The notes: generated by a model not told the origin, from the letters alone. Positions 11,571 through 25,335 are shown, counted from the stretch's first letter. The stretch: DNA of 64,000 nucleotides from Eledone cirrhosa (GCA_964016885.1 OZ024743.1:122512001-122576000); one strand, 5' to 3'. Numbers and translations: made by a program.

Positions 11571-14500
11571 TCCTTGAATCTCAGTCATTGATGTTGGTTA
11601 ACTGGAAAGTCCGTTGGATTGAATATCAAGCCACTACCTGCAGCCTCAGATATTCAGGACGTATCGGAGGGTTCTTGCTGTTCCAAGCAAGCATGCCTTT
11701 TGAAGCGTTCCAAAAAGCGTGAAGGGGCCGATTTTCTTTAACCATCCCTGGAAACTTTTGGAGATAGTCCCCAGTGCGCCTATGACAATCGGGATCACTT
11801 TGACTTCATGGCAGTTCCAAATCCTTTTCACCTCCCACTTTAGGTCCTGGTATCGGTTAATTTTCTCCCTCTTCTTCTCTTGCACTCTCGTGTCGAACGG
11901 GCAGGCCACATCCACAATCAGGCACGATCTTTTTTCTTTGTCCACAACCACCAGGTCAAGTCTATTGTGTTCCAGTTTTTTGTCCGTCTGTATCCTAAAA
12001 TCCCACAGCACCTTCACCTGATTGTTCTCCATCACCGCCTCTGGCCTATGCTCATACCATTTCTCAGAATGTGGTAAATTGTTTACTTTGCACAGGTGCC
12101 AGTGGATCACCCTGCCCATCACATCGTGTCTCCAGCCCTTATAGTGGGTCTGGGCTAGGTGTTTACACTCGGACACAATGTGAGCCACAGTCTCCTCTCT
12201 CTCTCCACAGATCCTGCACAGAGGGCTAGCCTCCTCCTTGTAGATATGGTGCTTCAACCACTTCGTTTTGAGGGCCTGCTCCTGCGCAGCCATTAGCATT
12301 CCTTCTGTAGCCTTTTTGAGGTCTCCTCTTCTCAACCAGTTCCATGTCTGTGGATCTCTAAATTCAGTTTTCTCAAAGAAGGTACTATGAAGGGATTTTC
12401 CCTTAAGGCTGCTCTTCCTCCTTGATGTTATTTCCTCCTTGGACATCCCCTGGCCTACTGTCCCCTCCTTCAGTACAGTTCTGAGCATTGGCTCCTTACT
12501 ATAGGTCACGTATTTGTATAGGTTGTTTTTCTCCATCTGAACACAGTCCTCTATGCTGATAAGACCTCTTCCACCCTCAGATCTCCTTAGGTAGAGTCTA
12601 TCGACATCACTCCTCTTGTGGAACATGTTGTAGATAGTCAATAGCTTCCTAGTCTTCCTATCCATTTCTTTTTGTTCAGCAACATTCCATCTCAGAATTC
12701 CCGCACTGTACCTAATAATAGACACAGCTCGGGAATTTACTGCGCTTATGGCATTTCTGCTGTTCAGATGTGACTTCAATACGCTCCTTACTCTCCGAAT
12801 GTATTCAGTTCTTAACAATTCCTTCATTTTTTTGTTCTTTATGCCATCAGCCTCCAGAACGCCCAAATACTTGTATCCTTCCTCAGAGTCAATTTCCTTT
12901 ATCATCTCACCTGTTGGTATCTGGATCCCGTTACTTCTGCTCAACCTGCCCCTCTTCATCACAATGACTCCACATTTACCAATACCAAACTGCATACATA
13001 TATCACTGCTGAAAATACGGACAGTGTCAACAAGCACATCCAACTCCTTCTCACTTTTCCCGAAGAGCTTAAGATCGTCCATGAAGAGGAGGTGATTGAT
13101 GGTAAGCTCTCCCCTTCCCAACTTGTATCCTGCTCTCACTTTTCGCAGCATAATGGTCAAGGGCATCAGGGCAAGGACAAACAACAGAGGGGACAGGCTA
13201 TCTCCCTGGAAGATACCTCTCTTGATCTTCACGCTTCCCAAGGATACTCCAGTTGATGTCAACTCTGTCTCCCAGGACCCCATACTCCTGCCTAGCAACT
13301 GTCTGATGTTATCTGCCACCCTGAAGATCTCCAGGCTTTTGGTGATCCAGGAATGAGGCACCATGTCAAATGCCTTTCTGTAGTCTATCCATCCCATGGC
13401 AAGATCAGTGTGTCTCCTCCTGCAATTCCCCATTACCATCTTATCAATAAGTAACTGGTCCTTTGTACCACGTGACTTCTTTCGGCATCCTTTCTGTTCG
13501 TCCGGTAACAAGTTGTTTGTGTGGAGGTGGTGGTAGATTTCCTCAGACACAATGCTCGTCAACAGTTTCCACATTACGGACAGACATGTGATAGGTCTAT
13601 AGTTGGTAACATCATTACCCTTGATTCGGTCTTTCATTATCAGAACTGTGGTACCTTTTGTCAACCACTCTGGCACCTCACCCGACACCAAGCAGTCATT
13701 GAACATGGCCGTCAGCTTCGGGTGGAGGGATGTTAAATGTTTAATCCAATACCCCTGCACACCATCTGGGCCTGGTGATTTCCAGTTGGTTAGTTTTTTG
13801 GCTTGCCCCTTAAGAGTTTCAACTGTGATACTCAAATCAGTTTGTTGTTGTGCCTGCTCACCGATCTCCCTCTGTACTGTCTCAATCCACCCTGCCTGGG
13901 CATTGTGTCTAACATCCTGCTCCCATATTCCTCTCCAGAATGTTTTAGTTTGTTCCGCCCCAGGGATCAAGTCGTTGCCTCTTTCTTTCCCCTCAAGCTG
14001 TCCAAACAGCATCTTCTGGTTGTTGTCGAACATGCGGTTCTGTTTATACTGACAGACTCTGTTCTCGTATCGCCTGATTTTGGCACTCTTTGCTACAATG
14101 CGTTGCTTCAATTCCTCTATGATAATATTTAGCTTTTTACTCCTAGTTTTGTATTTTATTTCCAGTCTATTTTTAGTGCCTATGTTTTTTAGTGTCCCAT
14201 TCAGTAGTGACTCAAGCTTTCCTATGTCACTCCTCATTTCCCCGATTTGCCCACTCAGTCGCTTCTTCCACCACGGCTCTGCTCTTTCTTGTCTGTTGTT
14301 TCCTCTCGCTTTTATACCAAGTAGTTTCCTCACCGTATTTGCTGTTGCTTTGAGGATATTGTTGCACTGGTGAAGGCTCCTCGCCTCAAGGTATGGGATG
14401 ACTTTGTTTACCTTAGCTGTTGTTTCTTTTAACTTTTTCCTGTCTACAAATCTTAGGTTCATAGGTCTCCCACTATCATTGTTCAATTCATCTACCACTA

Positions 14501-16140
14501 AATTTAGGATGTCAACCGAATCTTGTCCTAGCCCGTCAGCATTCATCTTCTCAGTGGCCGTATCTCTGTTCCAGGTATTATTTATCTCAGTATTCAGATC
14601 ATTGTCTGCTTCGGGTGGTTCCTCCGTTCTCAGGACCTCTTCATCTTCATTTCCCACTGGCTCGCTTGTCTGGCATACTACACCCGCCATCTCCAAGCCA
14701 TTCTCTCTGCTCAGTTCCTCCAGTTCCAGCTCGCTTATCCACCCATTAGTTCTTATTACCCGAGCCTGCCCGGCCAATTTTTGTTCATCTAATTTAAATA
14801 AACCAATCTCGTTCCAGATGTTATGCATCCGTCTCCTGTAGCCCCTCTCCTTGGGGTTACTTTTCAGGTAGCATTGCATAACAGTTCTATTCAATTCTTT
14901 CGTCCAGTTGGTTCTGGCCCCTTTCCTTCTTCTTCTTCCTCCAACATCAGCAGTATTTGGTTGACAGTCAGGTTCCTGCTGCTGAGCCAGGGGGCACCTG
15001 TTGGGTGAGAGTCTGTCACATGACGTTCTAGTCTCCATTTCACCGTTATTCGAACTGTTTATGTTCGATATTTAAACACTCTTATCGAGGATTGGCGAAT
15101 GTATAGTTACATAGCCATCTGTGGATTCGCCGTTCCACTTGGCCCTTGTGTGGCATTATCACCACGCTGTATACGAACACACATAAACAAACAAACACAC
15201 AGGCAGAAAGGGCCCCAAAAATGAATAAGCATAAGTTTCATTGTAATGTAGTGTTCGAATGTCTGACTTAGTTTTAGTTTTTTAAGTTTTACTTTTTCCC
15301 CCCTCTTCTCTGTCCGTCCGCCTGCTTCTCTCTTCATTCTTATTTTCTTTACGTTTTTGGGGTTTCTTTTTTTGTTTTTGTTTTTCTCTGTTTGTTTTTC
15401 TCGTTTTTGCTGTTGTTGCTGTGCTGCTTTGGTTTTGTTGTTTGTTTTTTCTTTTTTCTTTTGAGTCTATCTATATATTTTGATGTCTTCCTCTTTGTTA
15501 GTAGTAGGAATTCTATAATGTGGAAGTAGCAGCCAGCAGGGAGGAGTGGGAGACTGGCGGCGGTAGCGATACTGAGACAGTGGTGGTGGTGATGTCGATA
15601 CCGAGGCAGTGGTGGCAGTGATGTGACCGTATTACTGTAGTGATGGTGCTGTAGCGGTGGCAGTAGTGAAGGAGTCAAGGGGTGGTGGCGGCGGTGATGG
15701 GATAGTGGTGGTAATGATGGCCGTAGTGAGCGGTGGCGGTGAGGGTGAAAATGCCGTTATCTCGCTGTTGTGTTTAGTGTACACAGATGATGGGGTGGGT
15801 GGTGTATCTAGTTTCTGGTGTTGGTGAATTTGGCTGTCCTATATAGTGTAGCCAGAGGAGAGGAGGGGGGGGGGGTTCTTCTTCCATTTATAGCCATTTT
15901 CTTTTTTGGATATACAGTGTACAATACAAAGTTGAATATTTGGATATTTGAGCCTTATAACAATATATTTTGGGTCCGAATTTTTTGGGGCTCAAGCCGG
16001 GTGCTTTACGTAGCATTTGTACTAAGAGTTGTTATTTCACAAATGATTTAAATATGTTAAAAATTCAAAACTTACGGGAGCGATTTCATGACCTCCGTCA
16101 CCTCGTGCGTCTTCTTCCCTTATTCCCTTAATCCAATGGA
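11571..16140 (-). mobile_element. Full-length R4/Dong-like non-LTR retrotransposon in (TAA)n
   Basis: Single RT-RLE ORF, ~1.1 kb 5' UTR, ~75 bp 3' UTR, (TAT)n on both sides; Dong-type elements are known to target TAA repeats. Confidence 0.85.
11646..15038 (-). CDS. RT + CCHC zinc knuckle + restriction-like endonuclease polyprotein, 1130 aa, uninterrupted
   Basis: YRPITCL, QKG, WIDYRKAFDMVPH, GIFQGDSLSPLLF, FMDD, YKYLG; CRICGEREETVAHIVSEC; RHD; RLDLVVVD..IVDVACP..K..RY. Confidence 0.95.
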   Translation of the reverse strand: METRTSCDRLSPNRCPLAQQQEPDCQPNTADVGGRRRRKGARTNWTKELNRTVMQCYLKSNPKERGYRRRMHNIWNEIGLFKLDEQKLAGQARVIRTNGWISELELEELSRENGLEMAGVVCQTSEPVGNEDEEVLRTEEPPEADNDLNTEINNTWNRDTATEKMNADGLGQDSVDILNLVVDELNNDSGRPMNLRFVDRKKLKETTAKVNKVIPYLEARSLHQCNNILKATANTVRKLLGIKARGNNRQERAEPWWKKRLSGQIGEMRSDIGKLESLLNGTLKNIGTKNRLEIKYKTRSKKLNIIIEELKQRIVAKSAKIRRYENRVCQYKQNRMFDNNQKMLFGQLEGKERGNDLIPGAEQTKTFWRGIWEQDVRHNAQAGWIETVQREIGEQAQQQTDLSITVETLKGQAKKLTNWKSPGPDGVQGYWIKHLTSLHPKLTAMFNDCLVSGEVPEWLTKGTTVLIMKDRIKGNDVTNYRPITCLSVMWKLLTSIVSEEIYHHLHTNNLLPDEQKGCRKKSRGTKDQLLIDKMVMGNCRRRHTDLAMGWIDYRKAFDMVPHSWITKSLEIFRVADNIRQLLGRSMGSWETELTSTGVSLGSVKIKRGIFQGDSLSPLLFVLALMPLTIMLRKVRAGYKLGRGELTINHLLFMDDLKLFGKSEKELDVLVDTVRIFSSDICMQFGIGKCGVIVMKRGRLSRSNGIQIPTGEMIKEIDSEEGYKYLGVLEADGIKNKKMKELLRTEYIRRVRSVLKSHLNSRNAISAVNSRAVSIIRYSAGILRWNVAEQKEMDRKTRKLLTIYNMFHKRSDVDRLYLRRSEGGRGLISIEDCVQMEKNNLYKYVTYSKEPMLRTVLKEGTVGQGMSKEEITSRRKSSLKGKSLHSTFFEKTEFRDPQTWNWLRRGDLKKATEGMLMAAQEQALKTKWLKHHIYKEEASPLCRICGEREETVAHIVSECKHLAQTHYKGWRHDVMGRVIHWHLCKVNNLPHSEKWYEHRPEAVMENNQVKVLWDFRIQTDKKLEHNRLDLVVVDKEKRSCLIVDVACPFDTRVQEKKREKINRYQDLKWEVKRIWNCHEVKVIPIVIGALGTISKSFQGWLKKIGPFTLFGTLQKACLLGTARTLRYVLNI

Positions 16141-16189
<49 letters not shown>

Positions 16190-16320
16190 TTTTTTTTTTT
16201 TCTCCTCGTGCAATGGCCATACTCGATAACGAGGGGGCAGCCATCATGTATGTATGTATGTATGTATGTATGTATGTATGTATGTATGTATGTATGTATG
16301 TATGTATGTATGTATGTATG

Positions 16321-16560
16321 TATAAAAGCTTCACGGCGCAAGCATTGCTTTATATCTGGAGATCTCTCTGCACTTGTCGTCACATGGTACCATGGGCCCA
16401 GCACTATGTGTCAATAATTGTCACAAGTGTAGTGTTTGTACCAGAGTTTTCAAGTCGCTGGCTGGACTAAAAAGTCACACTTGTTCAGCGTATCGGTAGA
16501 GGTTCTCCTATATGGATATAAAGTAGTGGCCGTACTCGAAAACGAGTTGGCAGCCACCAT
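16321..16560 (+). mobile_element. 5'-truncated subfamily A repeat with (TATG)n tail
   Basis: Near-identical to 24997-25235. Confidence 0.85.
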
Positions 16561-17199
16561 GTATGTATGTATGTGATTGAACTTTTCTGCCCATTGGATA
16601 ACAGCAAGTAGATCTGATTGAAGACATTTCCGGTCACCCACTCCTTTGATGACCTTTTGGAACTTGGAATCATCTGCAAAGATTCTTATGCTGCTGTGCT
16701 TGGTGACATCATAACATCAGTTATATAGATAACGAAAAGAAGTGGGCCCAACATAGTGCTATATGTAATCAGACTCACTCACACATACGGACAGAGGTGA
16801 TGAATAATTAAAATTTAAACATTTGATAGACATGCATTCTCACGCAAACATGCGCTCGCACGTGTATAATATTGGACAGCAGTACGTGTAGCCATACATG
16901 CATCCATGCATACATATATAGGCACAAATCATGCACAGAATCATACATGTACATCTAGATACACATATATACATATATATGCATGTTCACTCCCCAGTTG
17001 TGTCACCAATTTTTAAGATCTGAGTGGTAGCATGCAGTGTAATATTGTGATCTCGCTGTGTCGTTCATCAATTAACCAATCTGTGTATTGCGCGGTGCAC
17101 TCATTGCGGGGTGATAGAGGTAGGTAGTACTATGGGGCGTTTCGGAGGTCTGATGAGATGGTGTCTTGCGGCGCGGACTTCCAGTTAGATACAAATTGG

Positions 17200-18056
17200 G
17201 TCCTTTGATGTAAGCATGCCCTGAATATTTCTGTTTGGGAGTTTAAGTACACATCCGGTGAGTGTAGACTCTATAAGATGCTGAAATTCTCACTTAGACA
17301 GAGCGAGCATTTTTTCTTCCGTTTTTATATGGTGTTTTCAAGCCCTTTCTATGTTATGTCATAGGTGTTTCCTTTTTTTTTAGCCGCTAGACCCTTTTTG
17401 TCAGTGATGTGATGGTTTTCATACTGGGGTATCTATATGTGGAAAAGGTGCAGGTAGAACCATTGTTTAAAACGTCCCGGACCATACCTACGTATTTTTC
17501 GCGGCTTGTTGGCTTTTGTGTGCTTGATCTTTGCATCGTAAACTATGGGTTTAACGTTTCAGTTTTGCTGTAATGGACAGTCATCTTTCTTCTTGCAAGA
17601 GCATCCTGGGTGTTCATACGGTTTGCTCTTTGCAGTTATTTTCGATTTCATGGATTGGAAAATTCACACTGAATGTCGATTGAATATCTTACTATAACTG
17701 TGTTGAGGTGTAAAGTGCTTATCTATAAAGTCTAAGAATTTCTTACCTATATTAGGTTTTACATATAGTGAGAAAGGAGGTGCGAACCAGATTATTTTTC
17801 TTCCTATTCCTAGGTAGGTGGTTATTAGGAATGTATTTGATCTGTTTTTTAAATTCAGTATCTCGGAGAGCCTTGTTGAAGTACGGCGCTTCTTTTTCAA
17901 ATATCTCTCTGGTGGATGATAAGTTCGAGACCCTGCGGCTAATGTTAGGTACTAGATTTTTAAAAACCATGGGCGGGTGACATGATGTTCTGTTAATATA
18001 TTTCAGTCACTCATTCGGTTTGTGATATGGTTTATATGTGCCTGTTAGTAGGTCTA
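17200..18056 (-). pseudogene. Decayed Penelope-like element 3' part (RT thumb/linker + GIY-YIG)
   Basis: NISRRVSNLSSTREIF, RKIIWFAPPFS..VKPNIGKKFL..IDKHF, CSCKKKDDCPL, IVYDAKI...YVG. Confidence 0.85.
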
Positions 18057-21000
18057 GCTAGTAATTCTTAAAACCGTTTGGTTGGGGAATGGTAGAAAAC
18101 AAAGTGTGCGTAACAGGCATAAAGAAATTCTATAATATTTGAGGACAAATAATGATAAAATATTCTGCTACAATTCGACTCGGTCAAGTGCTTTGGAATG
18201 CAATTGATACATCTAAGATTAGTCCAGTACTGAAAAGCTCACTCAAATCGCGTGTTATTTAAACCCCAAATGGCAAACGACGGCACTTATTCATACAGCA
18301 CAAAGTATATTCTAAGATTTTGATCACCATCGCCATGAAAGAAAAACTGCACCTGATAGCACTTCATATTAATTAAGTGAGTGGCACTAGGGCAGTGGGG
18401 GTGGGCATAAATGATAGAATGCAGGATATAATGACTCGCTGTAATTAAATATATTCGTTATGTTTAATTTGACTATGCATTTATTCATCTGTCATAGATA
18501 AAATAAGAACCAAGTGATCAAGGAAATCAATATCCGTCCCCAAAGTTATGGACGATTTTTGCCAATGTAATAAACGTTGAGAAGTCTCTTAGACATAAAT
18601 ATTAACCTAACGCTGATGACAATATTCTAACCATCAACTGCTTTTTTAGTTGTCCAACACACTATCCAATAGACTATCTGCGGCTCTCAGTGATAATGAA
18701 GAAATCAACGCAAAATTATGTTTACGTTCTATTTGTTTTGAGTATGACCCCCCCCCCCTTCACTAGTTCTTACATTATTTTATACTTTTATTGGTTTTAG
18801 TCATTAGATTCTTAACATGCTGTTACACAGCTAGCTAAGTTGCCTTTTCGACACGTAACTGGTTTTCACACAGGTAAACATTAACAGACACAGGCATAGG
18901 TACCCATACATATATACTTCTGCAGTTTTCGTCCATGGATTTCTTCCAACAATATATTTGTCAACATAAGGCTGTAGCTGAAGACATTTGCCCAAGGGAC
19001 CACACAGTGGGATCTCGAATCAGGAATCACGTGTTTGCAGCCATGGTTATAAATATTTCTCTGCTGGATAATTTTATTTATTCATTTAAATTTTTGGTAA
19101 TTTTTATTGATTTTCATCTTTGTATGAGACGTTATCTTTATTCAAGTTGACATTATCGAAAAAGATAATCATCAGAATATCTATTTCGACACATGATTTT
19201 AGATCAAAATCTTTCTAGCTATACAAAAAAATATCATATTTGACACCTGAAACGATATTAATAGAGAAATAGAAAGTCACATTATCGGGGTAACTGAAAG
19301 GAAATTGTTTTAATATTAAATATTGAATCGAATACAGTGTATTACTGATATTGTTTTGTCCTCCCATAGAAGCATGGATAGCCAAGGGTTCAATGTCATT
19401 CTGAAGTCTAAATATAGTGAGTTAGCTCGAAATAGTTTATCTTATATTAAGCACAGGGTCAAACGGAGGAGAACAAATTAGTTTGTTGCGGCATTCTTTG
19501 AAATATTTGCTGAAATATCACATAAAGAATATCGTAAGGAGTATTCACATAATGTTTATATGTAATAGATTTAATCATATTCGCAATTTTGTGTGATAAC
19601 AAAGTTGCATCTTGCCAAGCTTAGCTGATCTTATGAATAAAAGATATGATGAACATGAAATTAAAAGACCTACTCTTTCTCAGCAGGATTGTGAATGATA
19701 ATTATTTCAAACCGTAACGCAAAGCCATACATGTGTATGGAGTTTACCCAGCGCATCGTGCGGTATGCAAGCTGTCTTTGTTGAATGCCCATAGGAAGTA
19801 CACACTTTATATAACATTATTGATGCTTTTATCCAGTCTCTTATTGAATTACATAAATATGAGTTAATGGTTTGTATTCTATTCAAAGTAACTTTCTATT
19901 ATTTTACTCTAGTGTTCATGCTACAAATGTGAATGAAATTTGTATCTTATGTATTCTTATCTTATGAAGAGATTTGATTTTTATTGCGTTCTTAACTTCC
20001 AACGTGATTAGATATATTATTATAAATACGTTCTCGAAACTTATAGAATATATGTAGATTATATATAATATCGAAATCCTTTGCATTAACGTTATATCAT
20101 TTCTAATCCCATTCAATCCTATGTGTGCTACTATTAGTATCAACAAAGTATGTGACTCACACCTGACAAACAGTTCAGCTTTAAATTTTAGTCGTCTTAT
20201 GAGGAAAAATGTGAAAAAAATACTAAATTTCTTTAGACTTCCTCACTTCATCCAATTTAAGTAATAACCATTTATTTAAAATGTTGATACCATTGGTTTT
20301 ATTTTCATACACATTAATAACTTCATAGAATTAAACTTAACATTTTAATATCTGGAATTAGATAAATCTTAGATTTAAATTTTTCCAATAACATCTTCTT
20401 GTTTCTAATATTCTGAGACAAGCTAACCTTTCTTCATACTATATAATTCAATAAAATCAGATCATCTCTTATTATTGTCTCTAGTATATATTTCTCTTTT
20501 GCGCAGCCATAATAAAAATAGGTTGAAATACGAAATAGCAAATATTCCAATTGAATTATCGATGTAAGTATGCCATTTACACTACATGTCATTTATATCT
20601 GTCTAAAGAAACTGAGGGTTTATTTTTATAGACTTCTATCAGGATTGAATATAGGTCTCAGTCGCATTCATGATAACTTCTAATAATGTTCTACAGCATC
20701 AATAATAATTGTAGGATTCAGTAGTGATAACAGACGTATTGAAAACCATCCTGACAATATTGGAACCTCAATGCATTATGTATCATGTTCGACATCATGA
20801 ATATACTATTCTATGTCCTACGACTGAACTGCCATCTTTCATAATATATTATCCAGAGTAGCTTGTCTGCTTTTAGACATACCTATATATTTTCGATTGA
20901 GTGTTTATGTTCAAATGTATTTATATTTGTGTCATCCTTGGTGGTTATACTTGAATTAATGCTTTTTTCTATTCTGCTTAAATATCAGTGGGCTTGCGGT

Positions 21001-22717
21001 AACAACAACATAATACAAATAAACGAGTAATCATAAATCTCATTAATATTATTTGTAGTTTTATTTCATCTCGCGTGCAGTTAACTCTTCGGAAATGAAA
21101 ACATATTTGCTGCTCTCAGCGAAATAATAAATTATTGGGATTGGATATATAAAGTTGATTTATAAAGCGAATTGTAGGGCAATGACATGACTGCATCTTT
21201 CATTTTCAATTTTATTATTTATATATTCTAACTGTAAATTGTTTTACATATAAAAACGAAGAATACTTACAAAAAAAATAAATTATAAGCTTATGTGATT
21301 GATTTAAAAAAATAGAATTGTACTTATCACTTTTTTCCTTCTATACTTTTTGTATAATATATGGGTAATACAGAGTCAAGACAAACCAGTCTGTCTCCGA
21401 AATAATTTACTATGATTTTTTTTTATATCTTGTTGGAAAATTCGTGCAATGTTTAGTAGATAAATCCTAGCTGTATTCTGATATGATTGTCAGATATAAT
21501 TTAGATATGTGAGACACTTTTGAACAGTTTTTATTGATCATAATGTAATATATGATATTTCTTTGGAATCAACTCTGCTATGTGAAATAAACTGTTCTAC
21601 AGGAAAACAAGTGCTGCGTTTTGATTTGTCCTTATAAATTTATATGATATCAATCCAACCTGAAAATACTTACCAACTGTCGATTGAATGAATGGATATC
21701 TTCTTGTTAAAAATCGTAGCTGACATGCAACACCATTATTTTTGTTATCAGAGTACATTTCTTATAACACGTATGATAGTGCTGCAGACAAAGCAACTTC
21801 GTGCTGGAATCTTAAATTATTATTGTTTGTAGTTTTAGCTACTTCCATTTGCGAAGTCAACACATTTTTTCCCCTTCCTCAGATGAATAGAGTCATTCAT
21901 TGATGTATGATTTTGTTTTCGTTTAATAAATTACTGTGACATACATTATACATAACGTAAAGAAAATATCGCTTTTTGTTCTGACTGCAAATATGTCGTA
22001 TACTCTAAGGTAGGTTGTAACATTCATGACTTCCTCCAGAAAAGGCAATGAATAGCTTCATCGATGGATCGAGATCGGTAACTTCTTACACATCTATAAG
22101 TCTTACTAGAAACGATAAAATGTTCTTTGACATGAAACACAAAAACTAAACGTTTGAGTAGATATTACGTTTCTAAAAATCTACCAAATTATCTAAGAAA
22201 TATGCTATATTTATAAAGGAAATACCAAGACAAATGTTCACTCATTGAAAATTAGGTGCCTGCATTGCCTCGTGGTTTATAAAATCACTTTGCAATCATA
22301 TGGTTTCATGTTCTATCACAGAGCACGGCACCTTGCTATAAATTCAGCAGGGTCAAATCTTTCTGAATAAATTTTGGTACACGGAAAACAATGTAAAATG
22401 AATACCAGCCACAGTACTGGGTTTGATATAATAGATTAAACAGTTCTGGGAGTCGGTCCAGTTAAACTGTACTCTAATCAATAAAATCTTCATGAAAAAA
22501 TAAAATGATGTATTTTTAGTTCTTTCAAAATTTCCGTTTGGGTCACTACATTTAATTTGGTAACTTGCTCTTAATTATATAATATTCATGCAGAAGGCAT
22601 CCATAAGAAATATTTTCCATATCATTACTTTATATTGACTAATTAGTGAGTATCTTGTTTTCAAGTTCTTTATTCTCTCAGTCATTCTAAGATCTGGTAA
22701 GTTCGCGTAAGACTGTG

Positions 22718-23050
22718 ATTCTTCTTCTTCTTCTTCTTCTTGTCTGCCAGGCCCATGTCTTCCAAAGACCTCAATCAGGTATTGATGGGTCTATCTTGTT
22801 TCCTACGCGCTCCTTCTGGCTTCTGTTAGAGGGGGGGTCCTCATTGATTTCTTTGTTGACACGTGTAACAAATGCCCAAGTATATTCTGTCGTCACGCGG
22901 TGATGGTATTCTGCAGATTACTCAGTCGGGTCTTTCTTCTAACCACCTCATTTGTGAACTGGTCACGCCAAGAAATCCTAAGAATTTGTTATAAGGCATT
23001 GTTTATGAAAGAGTGCAGCTCTGTTGGTTCTACAAGTATTTTTCCATGTC
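22718..23050 (-). mobile_element. Old RTE-like LINE 3' fragment with (GAA)n tail
   Basis: Minus frame reads QILRISWRDQFTNEVV, like the RTE C-terminal region. Confidence 0.6.
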
Positions 23051-24464
23051 TAATAACATTTAAAATTCCCCGGTGTTGTCACCGTACTTACCAAAGTTCA
23101 GATTCAGCCCCAATGTTGTAGTTTTTCTCCTGCCTCTCTCCACAGGAACTGTAATTAACATTAATGACTTTACTTTTCATTACGGGCGTAATTCTAATTA
23201 ATTAAATGTACCTTTTAGTTCACTACATGTAGCCTGAAATTGAATAAAAGAATGACATATAATATATGTCATAAACTAAAACTATGTAACAGCTTTGACA
23301 TCAGTAGCAATATTTCAATATGTAAATCGGGATATAAAAATAATAACATTGGTATTTTATTGCTAACTGTCTTTCAAATGCAGGAGAATTAAGAATTCAC
23401 AAAATATTTAATTTTTCTTTGTAAAATATTTGAAACTGCATCCTTTTCCCTCATGAATTGCATATTCATGTATGTTTAACATATTTTCAATTATAATAAT
23501 ATTGATTTATTTTTAAAAGGGTACATCCATTATTTTCTAAAGTCGATTTAATCGACAAAATCGATCATGGATAAATTAAAAACGAAATGGCTTTCAGTGT
23601 ACAATAGCAATTCCGAAAGCAACTGCATTAAAGTCGTTATAACAAACCGCTCAGAATGAAAGGAGTTTACCTACGTGTTTTCCTAAAATCACGGAGATTT
23701 ATTTGAAAGTTTTAATTCAGTACATTAATGGTACTTATTAAACCAGCCTAGATGGGATGTAGAATGAAGCTAAATACTGTAAAGCGTTTTGGTCATGTTC
23801 TACAGTTTCTCTCAAATCTACTACCATATAACCACAGTATCTATTTTCTTTTCACTGGGTATTTTAAGGAAGAATAAGGGTATTTTGCGGCAAAAATGAA
23901 GTGTAAAAAGTTGAAAACGTGTCACAGATTTCGGAACAACTTAGAAGAAGAGAAACACTTAGTGATTCTCAGCTGAAAACTATTTCACTTGAATTATAGC
24001 ACTAATACACATTGAAATTCAATACGAATGACCAAAACACAGTCACCGCTTTAAACTGACAAATCCACTAAACATTCCTTTATTACATTAAAAAATATCT
24101 TTAAAAAAAAATAATAATAAAAACTTCCGATCTATTTCTGGCCTTATGAATAATATTTTTTCTTGAAACAACCAACCAAATATCAAGCCAGTGACCTAGT
24201 AATGCATTTAAGGCACTAAAACGATTTCACAGCCGACAGGTTAGCTACTTTATCGCATCGCTTGTTTGACATTGTATGCCTAAAATTTTACATTAAGTTG
24301 ACATGCATCCATATGCTTTTAATAACTAACGAAATGTCTCAATAATAGTTCCAGTAATACAAATTATTTTTTAGGTTCTATTATAAAATCGGAAAAGTTG
24401 AGGTACTGTTATATTTTCATATATGATATACAACATATGATCTATAATATATATATATATATAG

Positions 24465-24513
<49 letters not shown>

Positions 24514-24516
24514 TAC

Positions 24517-24558
<42 letters not shown>

Positions 24559-24568
24559 GTATATATGC

Positions 24569-24626
<58 letters not shown>

Positions 24627-25235
24627 GTCAGGTCACCAGTTGGTGCTACTGATAACATGTATCCCAGTAAAACCTGTCTCATGGTAGGGTCGTTGGCGAC
24701 TAAACTGGCAAACCCACCAAGGTTTCTTGGTGAGGAGGGTGACTTTGGACATCCTGCAGGACTAAAAACAAAACCTGTCAAAGGGCAAAGGAGATCTTAA
24801 GAGTCAATGGCCATCCTAAAACACCGGGAGAGATTACCCTTAGCCTTTGTCAAGGCAGAATTCTAGGAGAAGGAAAACTCTGATATAACGCCTGCAACCC
24901 TGATGGTATCCAATGATGTTGACTTGTTCTTCTTTTTGGTACATATCATCTTGGTTAAGAGAGTGGGACTGGCTTTGTGCAGTGCCTTTGCTCACTATAA
25001 AAGCTTCACGGCACAGGGATTGCTTTATATCTGGAGATCTCTCTGCACTTGTCGTCACATGGTACCATGGGCCCAGCACTATGTGTCAATAATTGTCACA
25101 AGTGTAGTGTTTGTACCAGAGTTTTCAAGTCGCTGGCTGGACTAAAAAGTCACACTCGTTCAGCGTATCGTTAGGGGTTCTCCTACATGGATATAAAGTA
25201 GTGGCCGTACTCGAAAACGAGTTGGCAGCCACCAT
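24627..25235 (+). mobile_element. Structured repeat subfamily A, full length
   Basis: Close reverse-complement match to 51697-52306 over its whole length. Confidence 0.9.
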
Positions 25236-25302
25236 GTATATATATATATATGTATGTATATGTATATATATATATATGTATGATGTATGTATATATGTAT
25301 AT

Positions 25303-25333
<31 letters not shown>

Positions 25334-25335
25334 CA

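Noticed and set aside
11719-15008. Plus-strand ORFs over the Dong ORF (and minus-strand ORFs over the RTE)
   Set aside because: Antisense shadows of real coding frames with no motifs.
17138-17158. gtttcg...ctgatgag as a hammerhead
   Set aside because: The two boxes are on opposite strands, with no consistent stems.
18100-24400. Long unique AT-rich stretch
   Set aside because: No convincing exon, ORF or structure seen apart from small SINE and RTE remnants.
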